DNA of 64,000 nt from Octopus sinensis (taxonomy: Eukaryota), in NCBI RefSeq assembly GCF_006345805.1, contig NC_043008.1, forward strand, positions 7,874,001-7,938,000, given 5' to 3'. The notes beneath the pieces were generated by a model. It saw only the letters and a program-made list of their open reading frames with translations, did not search any database and had not been told where the DNA came from. Positions 41,211-52,592 of the stretch are shown here, in pieces; the first letter of the stretch is position 1, and every line of letters begins with the position of its first letter. A program made the translations under genes and the position numbers.

Positions 41211-41689
41211 AATATTACATTTCTAAATATCTCAGAGAGATATATGCAGTAGTGGTACGATGGGAGTAGTTGTATACTGTCAACTTAATGTGACAGTCCC
41301 ATGAAGGGAGTCACACCACTACTATTTAGCCCTAGGAAGCAGCAACGCTTGCTGTCGGCCTTGACACAGTTCTTGTGTCCTTATGTTTACAAGGGGGAGA
41401 TAAGCACCTCCATCCAGCTAAGCCTACAACCAGAGACTAGTTTCTGAGTCTTCGCTCGTCATCAGTCTGGAGTAGTGTGGCCTGCTAGTTGGAGATGTCC
41501 ATCTAGCCCACGTAAACATATAAGAATTCTAGTGAAATAAATCCCCTGATTACAGAAATAGAAATATTACATTTCTAAATATCTCAGAGAGATATAAGCA
41601 GTAGTGGTACGATATGTCAACTTAATACGACAGTCACAGGGAGGGACTGTCATGGGATTATCACATTAAGTTGACAGTATACAAATACT
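41211..41689 (-). mobile_element. HHR-bearing repeat with 352-nt period (partial tandem plus inverted tail)
   Basis: 51-bp direct repeats at 41211 and 41563. Segment 41265-41304 recurs inverted at 41650-41689 (37/40). Confidence 0.65.
41430..41470 (-). ncRNA. Type I hammerhead ribozyme with GUC cleavage triplet
   Basis: Minus strand: CCAGA-CUGAUGA-C-GAG-cgaaga-CUC-A-GAAA-C-ua-GUC-UCUGG. Stem I is 5 perfect pairs; the first stem II pair is a C-A mismatch. Confidence 0.7.
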
Positions 41690-41703
41690 CTCTCTCTCTC
41701 TCT

Positions 41704-41763
<60 letters not shown>

Positions 41764-41767
<4 letters not shown>

Positions 41768-41942
41768 TATCCAAACAAGAAAACACAAAAAACACAACAC
41801 GACGAGGACGTGGAACAAATATAGTATTATTGGACGCTCAGGAAAGAAGGAAAGAAGGAGGGTTTAACTTTTCGAGCTGCGCTCTTCGTCGGAAACATAG
41901 GAGAAGGAAAGATCCAGAGAAGGGAAGACAGAGGAAAAAAAA
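41764..41942 (-). mobile_element. Penelope-like short element, family D copy 2, with HHR-like motif at 41862-41896
   Basis: Reverse-strand relative of 1538-1715. Motif GTTT-CCGACGA-A-GAGC-gca-GCTC-GAAA-A-GTT-AAAC. Confidence 0.6.
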
Positions 41943-42947
41943 TCGCCTTAAGCATCTAATATATATATATATATATATATTAGATGCTTTACTGTTTGTT
42001 AGTTTCCCTTATACATTTCCCATGGACTCCAATAGTTTTCGAAGTACGGTAAACAATATATTGTTGGATGACAGTGGTGTTTATACGGTGAACGTTGATA
42101 AGCGTGATTACGCCGATAACAGTATTGTGAAATAAATCTAAAAACAGCAATCGAGTCAGAAAGAAAGAACCGATAAAACAACGAGTAATTTTTACTCAGT
42201 ATTTAATTTTATCAAGCTAAAACAATGCCGTTTCCATTGTTGAGAGTAAAAGGAACACGCAGATTAATTGGGGCTTTAAACGACAGCCAATGATAATACA
42301 ATCGCATCCTCTATTTTATATGTGTACATATATACAATATTATAGTAATTTTATAATATATATTATATAGCGGAAGGATGGTGATCGATATGTGTTTATA
42401 TCTGTCACATTTCTATAGAGCTTTATCTAATTTCATTTATTAATTTGAGTATTCATCTTCACTAAATCGAAGCTTAAAACTGACAGAGGCATAATTGAAA
42501 TTGTTTGTTGTTCGTAACAATGGTAGAACTGAAGTCATTTTTAGAAGACATTCGGTTTCGCAAGAGAACAAAGAGCTGGATGAATATATCTGAACCGGTG
42601 TATGCGTGTGTTGGTGCGTGTGTGTGTTCTACTCTTTTTCGATATGTTTAAGTGCCCCATGAACTGAAGAAATGTTTGGACATTTGCTGCGCATATTATG
42701 CTTATTAAAGCACGATTGATCTTAAATTTCTTGAAGTAGAGATAATTTAACAAGAATTTCTCTTGTATGGAATTTAATGTACCTTTATTGATCTTTGCTG
42801 TCCAAATTCATGCCATAGGCCAGCCTGTATTTCTGTTCACTCGTTTTCTTTTCATGTGTTTTTCTGTGTGTAAGTGCGTTGTTTTTGCGTGTACGCCTTA
42901 TGGAGGATCAGATTATATTAGCTTCACATACATTTCTGACTCTTTAC

Positions 42948-42999
<52 letters not shown>

Positions 43000-43129
43000 G
43001 TCAAATAGAACTGGTGATTAAAGGGAGACTCAAGATGAGAATACTACTTGGGGAAGACCAGAGAAAAGGAAGAAAAATATATGGCCCAGTGCTAAAGAAA
43101 AGGAATGGATGACATAGTGATAACTCATA

Positions 43130-43537
43130 GACAAAGTAATTCCATTTTCCCTGCCATTTCACCTGTCGTTTGACATGAATTTCGGTGCAAAATTTGGTTT
43201 AATCACTCTTCATCGAACTCAACTGGACGGCCAGAACGAGGTGCGTCTTTGAGGTCAAAATTTACATTTTTGAACTTGGCATACCAATCACGGGCGTTTC
43301 CTTCAGCTATGGCACCCTCTCCATATACAGCACAGATGCCCCGAGCAACTTTGCGCCTTCAGAAGATTGATTAAAAGCAAAATGATTGAGGTGTCAAAAA
43401 TGCTCGTTCTTGTTAACTTGACATTCTATTTTAATGATCTGAAAATATACATAAATTAATTAAAATTAACTCGGGAAAAAAAGAGCAAAATAGATTCCAA
43501 AATTAAAAAAAACAGCGGTTAATTAGTTGCCAACCCA

Positions 43538-43540
<3 letters not shown>
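43130..43540 (-). mobile_element. Mariner transposon 5' part (terminal repeat and decayed transposase N-terminus)
   Basis: End TATTGGGTTGGCAACTAA. From 43429 down: EHF*HL..ARGICAVYGEGAIAEGNARDWYAKFKNVNFDLKDAPRSGRPVEFDEE. Confidence 0.88.
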
Positions 43541-43601
<61 letters not shown>

Positions 43602-43615
43602 CAACAACAACAACA

Positions 43616-43790
43616 TTGAAAAATACCTTAGGAATGAGAACCCAGGTTCGAAATTTCCCCAAGATACCTGATGAAGGCTGGATGTTGTATAAGCTGAAAC
43701 GTTGTGTTAACAACAAACAAGGATAGGACGAATATCTGTCAAATGTAAATAATGTACCTATTTCCTCATCTATTAGATATAGAACAGCTT
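43616..43790 (+). mobile_element. Penelope-derived short element after (TAA)n(CAA)n
   Basis: Its 3' part (..GTCAAATGTAAATAATGTAC..TTCCTCATCT.TTA.ATATAGAAC) matches segments of the Penelope-like element at 54740-55076. Confidence 0.65.
43663..43708 (+). ncRNA. Minimal type I hammerhead motif (GUU triplet)
   Basis: GAUAC-CUGAUGA-A-GGCU..AGCU-GAAA-C-GUU-GUGUU. Stem I has 5 pairs including 2 G.U; stem III is the palindrome AACGUU with no loop. Confidence 0.5.
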
Positions 43791-44208
43791 CAATTACAGT
43801 TTTGTATACGGACAAATTTCAGAGACGCAGAGACGTTATATATGGAGACATTTTTAGCGCACTGAATTATTAACGTATTGCTGAAGTTGCAAGTTTTCCT
43901 ACTCTCAGAGACTTCAGTGCAGCTGTAAGTAAAACACTTGGAGATACGATTAATTTTTCTTTGTGAAATGTGAAGAAATGTTCTTAAAAGATATTTTTCA
44001 TTCTGACGTTAAGCTGATAATAATGCACCAGGTGTCAAACTCATGTGCTGACAACGATAACTGCTTGCACTGTCAAAGCAACAGAAATAGTCTGATTAAT
44101 TTACAGTGTTTCAATGAATCATATCTAAATTTGTCAAGCGACAATCATTTTTTTTTTCATATGGAAAAGGCATTCTTAACAGTTAGGGCCGGAAGTAATT
44201 TTAAAATA

Positions 44209-44518
44209 TCACCGTGATCACCGTGACCAACCAAACTATCAGTTGTTGCTACACATCGCTGGTCACAATGCGCTTTGCATTGTTTTAGCCTCCAAATGAC
44301 GCCACCCCGCTGGCTAAGCGAGCAAGCCAACAGAAGAAAGTATGAGAGAAAGTTGTGGCGAAAGAGTACAGCAGGGACCGCCACCAACCCCTGCCGGAGA
44401 CTCGTGGAGGTTTAGGTGTTTTCGCTCAATAAACACACACAACGCCCGGTCTGGGAATCGAAACCGCGATCCTACGACCGCGAGTCCGCTGCCCTAACCA
44501 CTGGGCCATTGCGCCTCC
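44209..44518 (-). mobile_element. Full-length tRNA-derived SINE (fourth family)
   Basis: Minus-strand head GGAGGCGCAATGGCCCAGTGGTTAGGG..TTCGATTCCC. A 3' fragment recurs at 53191-53296. Confidence 0.85.
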
Positions 44519-44892
44519 ATTTTAAAATATGAAGGGGACAAATATTCACACAGATCATGTCTTCGAAAACATGTAACATCTAACTTGCTGAAGTGAAATA
44601 ATATGATACATTTATTTACGGTCAAATTTAATATTACTGATGTACAAATTGCTAGTCTTTTCCATTATACACCAAGAGACAAGTACCAACAACCTTAAAA
44701 GTTGTACTAATATGTTCAGATTAATTCTACCAGCATAGCATAGCTAATCACTGACTGTCTGTAGTCTGTCCGTATCGAAGAAATATAATTGGACTTATTG
44801 CAGCTCTGTTTATCCTGTATTTACAAACATTATATCCATATATATATATATATATATTTGTATGTACATATATATATATATATATATATATA

Positions 44893-44943
<51 letters not shown>

Positions 44944-45024
44944 GTATGTATGTATATATACATACATACATATATATATATATGTATATATAAATAAGAA
45001 AAAAGCAACAAGAATGGATCAATA

Positions 45025-45113
45025 TTTCGGTACAATTGTTTCGTACGAAGACAGCTTTATTAAGGCTGCAAATATTGCAGTAAATATAAGTGGCCCGTAC
45101 TCATCAACCAAAA
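45025..45113 (-). ncRNA. Hammerhead ribozyme copy with C3U core change
   Basis: Mirror of 45551-45639. The core reads UUGAUGA; stems are retained, with one C-G pair changed to U.G in stem I. Confidence 0.55.
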
Positions 45114-45550
45114 AAACATCTGAGTTCTCCAAACATTTAAGGGTGTGATGTTACACACTTGAAATATTGGTGATAGTTCTATAAAAATAAGAATTAGGTA
45201 ACAAATGGACTTCTGAAAGTTTAAAGAAATTCTCAGAAAGGTAACCAATATATCAACACACATCAGGAAACGCACTTTATTATGGACTAATTATGGATAA
45301 ATGCATATTCTGTCAATATGATACTTCTCCTCATATCTCCAGAATTCAAACTTTCTTCAATATGGATGGATTTACATTTTCAATTTCAGTTTCATTTCTG
45401 GAAAACTAAGAGGTTTTTTAAAATAGTTTTTTAAAACCCGTTATATGACTGTGCAACACTAAAAGAACTTTCAGAAGTCCATTTGTTACCTAATTCTTAT
45501 TTTTATAGAACTATCACCAATGTTTCAAGAATGTTGAAACTCAGATGTTT

Positions 45551-45639
45551 TTTCGGCTGATGAGTACGGGTCACTTATATTTACTGCAATATTTGCAGCC
45601 TTAATAAAGCTGTCTTCGTACGAAACAATTGTACCGAAA
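45551..45639 (+). ncRNA. Canonical type I hammerhead ribozyme (GUA triplet)
   Basis: UUUCGG-CUGAUGA(45557-45563)-GUACG-[48 nt]-CGUAC-GAAA(45622-45625)-C-aauu-GUA(45631-45633)-CCGAAA. All core bases and all three stems are intact. Confidence 0.88.
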
Positions 45640-45786
45640 TATTGATCCATTCTTGTTGCTTTTTTCTTACTTATAATCACCCTGCATTATCTAATGGTTA
45701 ACACCATATAGATTTCTGGTGCATCTATGTTAAGTACCGCATTCATGTGAATTCAACAGAACTCACTTGAATCTTAATTGCTTTTA

Positions 45787-45883
<97 letters not shown>

Positions 45884-46291
45884 TATATTATCAAATGCGC
45901 TGTATTTTAAAGGCAGATATGTGAACGTGTGTGTTATCTAGCGAGTCTGGCTAGTCAGCTGATTGCATAGAGGGTATGGTAGGGTGCATTGCACTTTATC
46001 TAATGAAGGGATATAATAGGTAGGTATACTATAGTTCGAGAAGGTTAATATTTCTGGAGTCTTTTATAGGTTATTGATCATTAAAAGTAGTGTTTGATCT
46101 CAGTAAGATAATCGCTAATGCTGACACACTGAACAACATTATATGACTCGATATGTTTATATTCATGTGATATTTATCCAGTATTTTATATGCATTCTGA
46201 TGTGCAAACCTTCTATCATGTGCCACGCTGATACCTACACACGTAAAACACCAGGAAAGTAAATATATTTTTTAAAGTCAATAAACTGCGT

Positions 46292-46461
46292 AGACGCAGG
46301 AATGGCTGTGTGGTAAGTAGCTTGCTAAATAACCACATGGTTCCGGGTTCAGTCCCACTGCGTGGCATCTTGGGCCGACCAATGCCTTGTGAGTGGATTT
46401 GGTAGACGGAAACTGAAAGAAGCCTGCCGTATATATGTATATATATAATATATATATATAT

Positions 46462-46504
<43 letters not shown>

Positions 46505-46705
46505 TTGTGTGTCTGTGTTTGTCCCCCTAGCATTGCTTGACAACCGACGCTGGTGTGTTTAGGGCACTTAGCGGTTCGGCAAAAGAGACCGATAGAATAA
46601 GTACTGGACTTACAAGTCCCGGCGTCGATTTGCTCGACTAAAGGCGGTGCTCCAGCATGGCCGCAGTCAAATGACTGAAACAAATAAAAGAGTAAAAGAG
46701 TAAAC
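46292..46705 (+). mobile_element. SINE (8997 family) with small internal deletions
   Basis: Head and tail match the 8997 copy. Confidence 0.88.
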
Positions 46706-47745
46706 CTTATGTATTGATTAGATTCCCTCCTGGTACTCAAAAGCTGATATATTCATAGAAGCTAGATAAACTGATATGATTTGGGGTTTTTTTCTTGAAC
46801 ATCTCTACTTAGAAGAAATGAATACATCTCAAAATTACACATAAATAAGGAGGAACTATCCGCGATGCGTGTTCGTCGTCGAAGACTATGAAATTCTTAA
46901 TCACTGACATGTTTGCTACAAAATACAATCGGAAAACTTTGATTGCATAAACATAATACCATTGAACATTTAGCATCTCACGTTTAGGTAAATGGCGTAG
47001 CCGTACAAAAGATTTTGTGCTTGACAATTAAATAAAAAATACCCAGACTATCACACGCATCTAATTAATTGCGAATAAACAACTAAATTGACAAATAAAT
47101 ATACAAAATTGAAATGTTAAGGTTAACCATTTTTCATTATAGAATAATTCAAGTACTCTACATGCTGGTATTATTATTTTTCTCTCCATTGTAATATTTT
47201 TTATGACAAAAAGTAAAATAGAACAGTTGAAAGTGAAGAATAACAAAGAAATAGTAATACAGATATCTTGTGGAGAATCTAATGAATATATTTAATAGTT
47301 TTTAATTACGTTTTCAAGTTATTGAAAAGAAGTAAAACTACATTTCGTAAATAGTATTTACTGTTACGTTAACTCTCCTACATTAATATTGCTATATTCA
47401 TATTAATCTGATATCTTCATTTAAATCGTAACAGAATAATTTTTAAGAAATAAAAATCAATGATACGAGCTGTGATATAGAAAATTTTCATAAATAATCA
47501 TTGTATCAAAGAAACCACTATTGTGTAATTTCGATAATTTAGAATGCACGAGATGAACCTATTCACGATTTAGATAATAATCGAATCTGAGACAATTTGG
47601 TCATTAATTCCTTCCTATGTTTCTAAGAGCGTAAATCGTTTGCTTAGCGGCTCATTGTGAGAAAATATTTCGCAGAGAAAACAATAACTCACTCTTTGAG
47701 TGGGCCGTGATGTTCACTTCCTGATGTGAATAACTTTGCCAGGTA

Positions 47746-47788
<43 letters not shown>

Positions 47789-47793
47789 ATATG

Positions 47794-47849
<56 letters not shown>

Positions 47850-47853
47850 CATA

Positions 47854-47902
<49 letters not shown>

Positions 47903-48321
47903 TACATATTATATATATGTATGTATACATATACATATACGTTAATATCGAAGTGAGGAGACGACTCAGCATAACATTGGTGAATAAATATTCCAGAGTT
48001 CACGAGATTTTGGAATAAACAAATAAATATTATTATGCATTCATTAACATTCATGAATTCATAAATATACACACGTCTATGCAACCATGCATAATATAAG
48101 CACACATATGCATTGGCTCACAGACCAGCACCCGGATTACGCATTCTGCTAATACGCACTCAATATTTCCTGTTTGCACGGTCAATCTCGTGTGGTTTTG
48201 TTGTGTTTTATTCCAAGATGAAGACGAGCAACAAAGTTCCACTTGGAAGGCTTGATAATTGCTGATGTTTGTAAAGGCATAAAACAAATGGTAGTCTTCT
48301 TAAGCCCTTCCTATCTCTCTT

Positions 48322-48352
<31 letters not shown>

Positions 48353-49784
48353 GTGTGTTTGTTTATGTGTATACATACATAGATACATACATACATATAC
48401 ATACATATACATACATATATATATATATATATATTCATAATAAGCTAATGCACTGAACTATTGTTTTCCCTTGTCATTGTTTATACACGCGGTTCTACAA
48501 TTCTGAAGCCATCGTAAAAAAGCCCAACTTAAATTATCTGCTGTTTTTAAAGAATAGTTTATGTGGAAACGTGTTATTTGATATGTATAAGGAGATTAAC
48601 ATAAGAATTAAGGAATATATATTTGTAATTTTAGTACATCGCGAGGCTATACGCAATAATTTTCTTTTGTGTTTTAATCTCCTGCTTTCTTCATTGAATA
48701 GCTTCAAAAATCATCCAACTGATAAACTCATACATCATTACATGTGATATGGTAATATTCAGATCAAAATTAAACCATTCAATCTATAAACAGTGGACAA
48801 TTTTCTCGACTACTGCAATCCTTCAATGCTGCATAGTTCAAATATCTAGGGGTTAAATAGGAAATGGAGGACTAATTACCACGAGAAATGCAGTGGGAGA
48901 CTTTAAGGAGTTGGATCCACCAATTTGTATCAGGTAATCAATTCTCACAACTGGAATCAAATATAAGTCATATCACTTCCACATAAAAGTAATTTTCGGA
49001 ATAAATTCAGTCGGTTCTGTCATCCATCTAAAAGTCTCCTGTGAAATTAATTCTGTATAAACACCACCAGTTGGTTTATTAGATTGACAGACAGTCATTA
49101 CTGATAAATATAGGAAGACATGTCATTATTGATTGCTTTCCATTAATATTAGCAGCAAGATAATATGTTTGCAATTTATTGATATCATACCGTGAATTGT
49201 TAGGACAAAATAAATTACAGCAAATCTATTATAGAAGCAATATCCTGGTATTATGATTTGATAGATATAAATCATGGCAACTTATCATCTTCATCAAATT
49301 GCAATATCATTTATAGAAGACAGAAGTATGGACTTTAACTCAGATGTAAGTGTATGCATATGTATACTAAATATTAGCAAATACGTATTAACTAAAGCCG
49401 CATGAAGCTTCTACTAATTAACTGGTATGGAATTAGAATAATACTGTTATTCATATTGTTGAGTGGCATAATATGCAGTATTACACAATAATTGAAAAAT
49501 GTTAGTTTATCTTTCCTTCCATCTCTAGATGGATTGAATCACTTTTTAAATCCGTTTTCCATCGAAATACGCGCGTCCGCACACATATGTGTATAATCAA
49601 TCTTACCGGAGTGTATATATGCTTTACACGTTCCCTTTATTTTGTATATGCTAGTATAGATGCAGGAAGATTTTGCGGAATAGGTCATACTTATAATGCA
49701 GAATAATGTTCTGGCGTTTATGCTGCAGGTTTTAATTGCCTTCTAAACTGAGGCTGACGTTTACGTGTGGTGGATTCGGGTTAT

Positions 49785-49990
49785 GTCTGTGTTTGTCCCT
49801 TAACATCACTTTGAAACCAGTGTTAGTGTGTTTACATCCCCGTGCATTAGCTAGCCATTAAAGATACCAAGAAAATAAGTACCAGGTTAAAAAAATAAGT
49901 AGTGAGGTGCATTTGTTCGACTGAAATTCTTCAGAGTGGTGCCCCAGCATGGCAACAGTCTACTGACTGAAACAAGTAAAAGATTAAAGG
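49785..49990 (+). mobile_element. Degenerate SINE 3' half
   Basis: GGTGCCCCAGCATGGC..TGACTGAAACAAGTAAAAG tail. Confidence 0.7.
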
Positions 49991-50049
49991 GAAAAGATAT
50001 TGTAAATTCCAAATCACACCCCTATGAGAGGGAAGGTTGTGTAAGGTGG

Positions 50050-50240
50050 GGTGCTATGATGTTTTAGATTGAGGTTCCATTGTGGCTTCAATTAGCGAAG
50101 CAGATTAAAAACGTAACGTGAACTGTATTTCAGGTGTTGGTTAAAGATGGAGTGAATTGGAAACTGAATTTGTAGTGTAGACTGGTATAGTTAAGGAATT
50201 TTATACGAGTGTCTTCTGGAGTAAATATCCTGTACCGGGA
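50050..50240 (-). mobile_element. Possible decayed Penelope-like RT fragment
   Basis: FLNYTSLHYKFSFQFTPS..VTFL resembles the F..LNS.H..I.FT..S..V.FLD motif. Confidence 0.3.
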
Positions 50241-50496
50241 GAAATGGTTCGAAAGGGGACAATCTTCGGACAAGTGTGGAAACTAGTTTCTCATTTCTTA
50301 TGCATGACGGAATTCAATAATGTCATTGAACCCCACCCCAACTTCCCTTTTTCTCTTATTTGTATTTCCTGTCTTCACTGCCCAATGAAAAGTTATTTTT
50401 TCCTTTGTTTTCCGCTCACATTAGACCAATATATCACATTTACCTATGAAGCAGGGCTAGACGGTAATTGAAAAAAGCCCGTCGTATGTATATATG

Positions 50497-50590
<94 letters not shown>

Positions 50591-50833
50591 ATATATATTG
50601 AATCAATATAGTGTGGCAAAAAATTTTGTATAATTTTTTTTTTTTTTTTTTTTTGCCACCAGCGGCCTAGTGGGAAAATATTAAATAGTCATAGACCATT
50701 TTTAAGTTCAACATCACAATCAGGAACGGCCATAATAGGCCATTCACCCACTAGAAATAACAGCCAATGCTTCAACCGCAAAATAACATCAATTCCGTAA
50801 ACCAGGAGAAAATTAAAAAACATTTACCCTGTA

Positions 50834-50940
50834 ATTTCTTATACGATGCACCGTTTCATCTACTGTTTAATGGTAAACTAACCTGATTAAATTAAATCAA
50901 GCCAATCTTCCATAGGCCCTTAGAATCATCAGTAACAAAT
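50834..50940 (-). ncRNA. Hammerhead ribozyme, array copy A
   Basis: Same fold as 51993-52099, with one stem I mismatch. Confidence 0.7.
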
Positions 50941-51327
50941 AGCCAAGTCGGAACAGATATTTTCACGAGGCATTTCCGTCCCTGTCTCGGCAATATCTGA
51001 CCTAAAATTTTCAAATCATCGCACTCGCGCCAAATTTATCGGCAGCAAATAAATATAAGCCGCCGATTCCATTACGGAATTAACCAGAAAATTCATAATT
51101 AATCAATATAGGGTGGCAAAAAATTTTGTAGAATTTTTTTTTTTTTTGCCACCAGCGGCCTAGTGGGAAAAAATTAAATAGTCATAGACCATTTTTAAGT
51201 TCAACATCACAATCAAGGAACGGCCATAATAGGCCATTCACCCACTAGAAATAAGAGCCAATGCTTCAACCGCAAAATAACATCAATTCCGTAAACCAGG
51301 AGAAAATTAAAAAACATTTACCCTGTA

Positions 51328-51434
51328 ATTTCTTATACGATGCACCGTTTCATCTACTGTTTAATGGTAAACTAAGCTGATTAAATTAAATCAAGCCAAT
51401 CTTCCATAGGCCCTTAGAATCATCAGTAAGAAAT
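51328..51434 (-). ncRNA. Hammerhead ribozyme, array copy B
   Basis: Same fold, with a perfect 8-bp stem I. Confidence 0.78.
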
Positions 51435-51992
51435 AGCCAAGTCGGAACAGATATTTTCACGAGGCATTTCCGTCCCTGCCTCGGCAATATCTGACCTAAA
51501 AATTTCAAATCATCGCACTCGCGCCAAATTTATCGGCGGCTTATATTTATTTGCTGCCGATAAATTTGGCGCGAGTGCGATGATTTGAAAATTTTAGGTC
51601 AGAAATTACAGGGTAAATGTTTTTTAATTTTCTCCTGGTTTACGGAATTGATGTTATTTTGCGGTTGAAGCATTGGCTGTTATTTCTAGTGGGTGAATGG
51701 CCTATTATGGCCGTTCCTTGATTGTGATGTTGAACTTAAAAATGGTCTATGACTATTTAATTTTTTCCCACTAGGCCGCTGGTGGCAAAAAAAAAAAAAT
51801 TCTACAAAATTTTTTGCCACCCTATATTGATTAATTATGAATTTTCTGGTTAATTCCGTAATGGAATCGGCGGCTTATATTTATTTGCTGCCGATATATT
51901 TGGCGCGAGTGCGATGATTTCAAAATTTTAGGTCAGATATTGCCGAGGCAGGGACGGAAATGCCTCGTGAAAATATCTGTTCCGACTTGGCT

Positions 51993-52099
51993 ATTTCTTA
52001 CTGATGATTCTAAGGGCCTATGGAAGATTGGCTTGATTTAATTTAATCAGGTTAGTTTACCATTAAACAGTAGATGAAACGGTGCATCGTATAAGAAAT
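51993..52099 (+). ncRNA. Hammerhead ribozyme, array copy C
   Basis: AUUUCUUA-CUGAUGA(52001-52007)-U-UCUA-[58 nt]-UAGA-U-GAAA(52076-52079)-CGG-ugca-UC-GUA(52089-52091)-UAAGAAAU. Stem I is 8 bp; stem II opens with a U.U pair. Confidence 0.78.
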
Positions 52100-52485
52100 T
52101 ACAGGGTAAATGTTTTTTAATTTTCTCCTGGTTAACGGAATTGATGTTATTTTGCGGTTGAAGCATTGGCTGTTATTTCTAGTGGGTGAATGGCCTATTA
52201 TGGCCGTTCCTTGATTGTGATGTTGAACTTAAAAATGGTCTATGACTATTTAATTTTTTGCCACTAGGCCGCTGGTGGCAAAAAAAAAAAAATTCTACAA
52301 AATTTTTTGCCACCCTATATTGATTAATTATGAATTTTCTGGTTAATTCCGTAATGGAATCGGCGGCTTATATTTATTTGCTGCCGATAAATTTGGCGCG
52401 AGTGCGATGATTTGAAAATTTTAGGTCAGATATTGCCGAGGCAGGGACGGAAATGCCTCGTGAAAATATCTGTTCCGACTTGGCT

Positions 52486-52592
52486 ATGTCTTACTGATGA
52501 TTCTAAGGGCCTATGGAAGATTGGCTTGATTTAATTTAATCAGGTTAGTTTACCATTAAACAGTAGATGAAACGGTGCATCGTATAAGAAAT
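52486..52592 (+). ncRNA. Hammerhead ribozyme, array copy D
   Basis: Same fold with one stem I mismatch. GUA at 52582-52584, 493 nt after copy C. Confidence 0.7.

Larger units (their letters stand above)
44989..45675. mobile_element. Inverted pair of ~220-bp HHR-containing repeats (Penelope-like terminal repeats)
   Basis: Arms 44989-45221 and 45466-45675 are highly similar reverse complements around a 244-bp spacer. Confidence 0.85.

Noticed and set aside
48837-48854. FKYLGV motif resembling an RT domain
   Set aside because: It is flanked by stops and has no other RT motifs nearby.
51140-51165. Hairpin plus CTAG in the 493-bp unit suggesting tandem Helitron ends
   Set aside because: The next base starts TGGG, not TC, and the array ends do not coincide with this site. 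The ribozyme explains the unit better.
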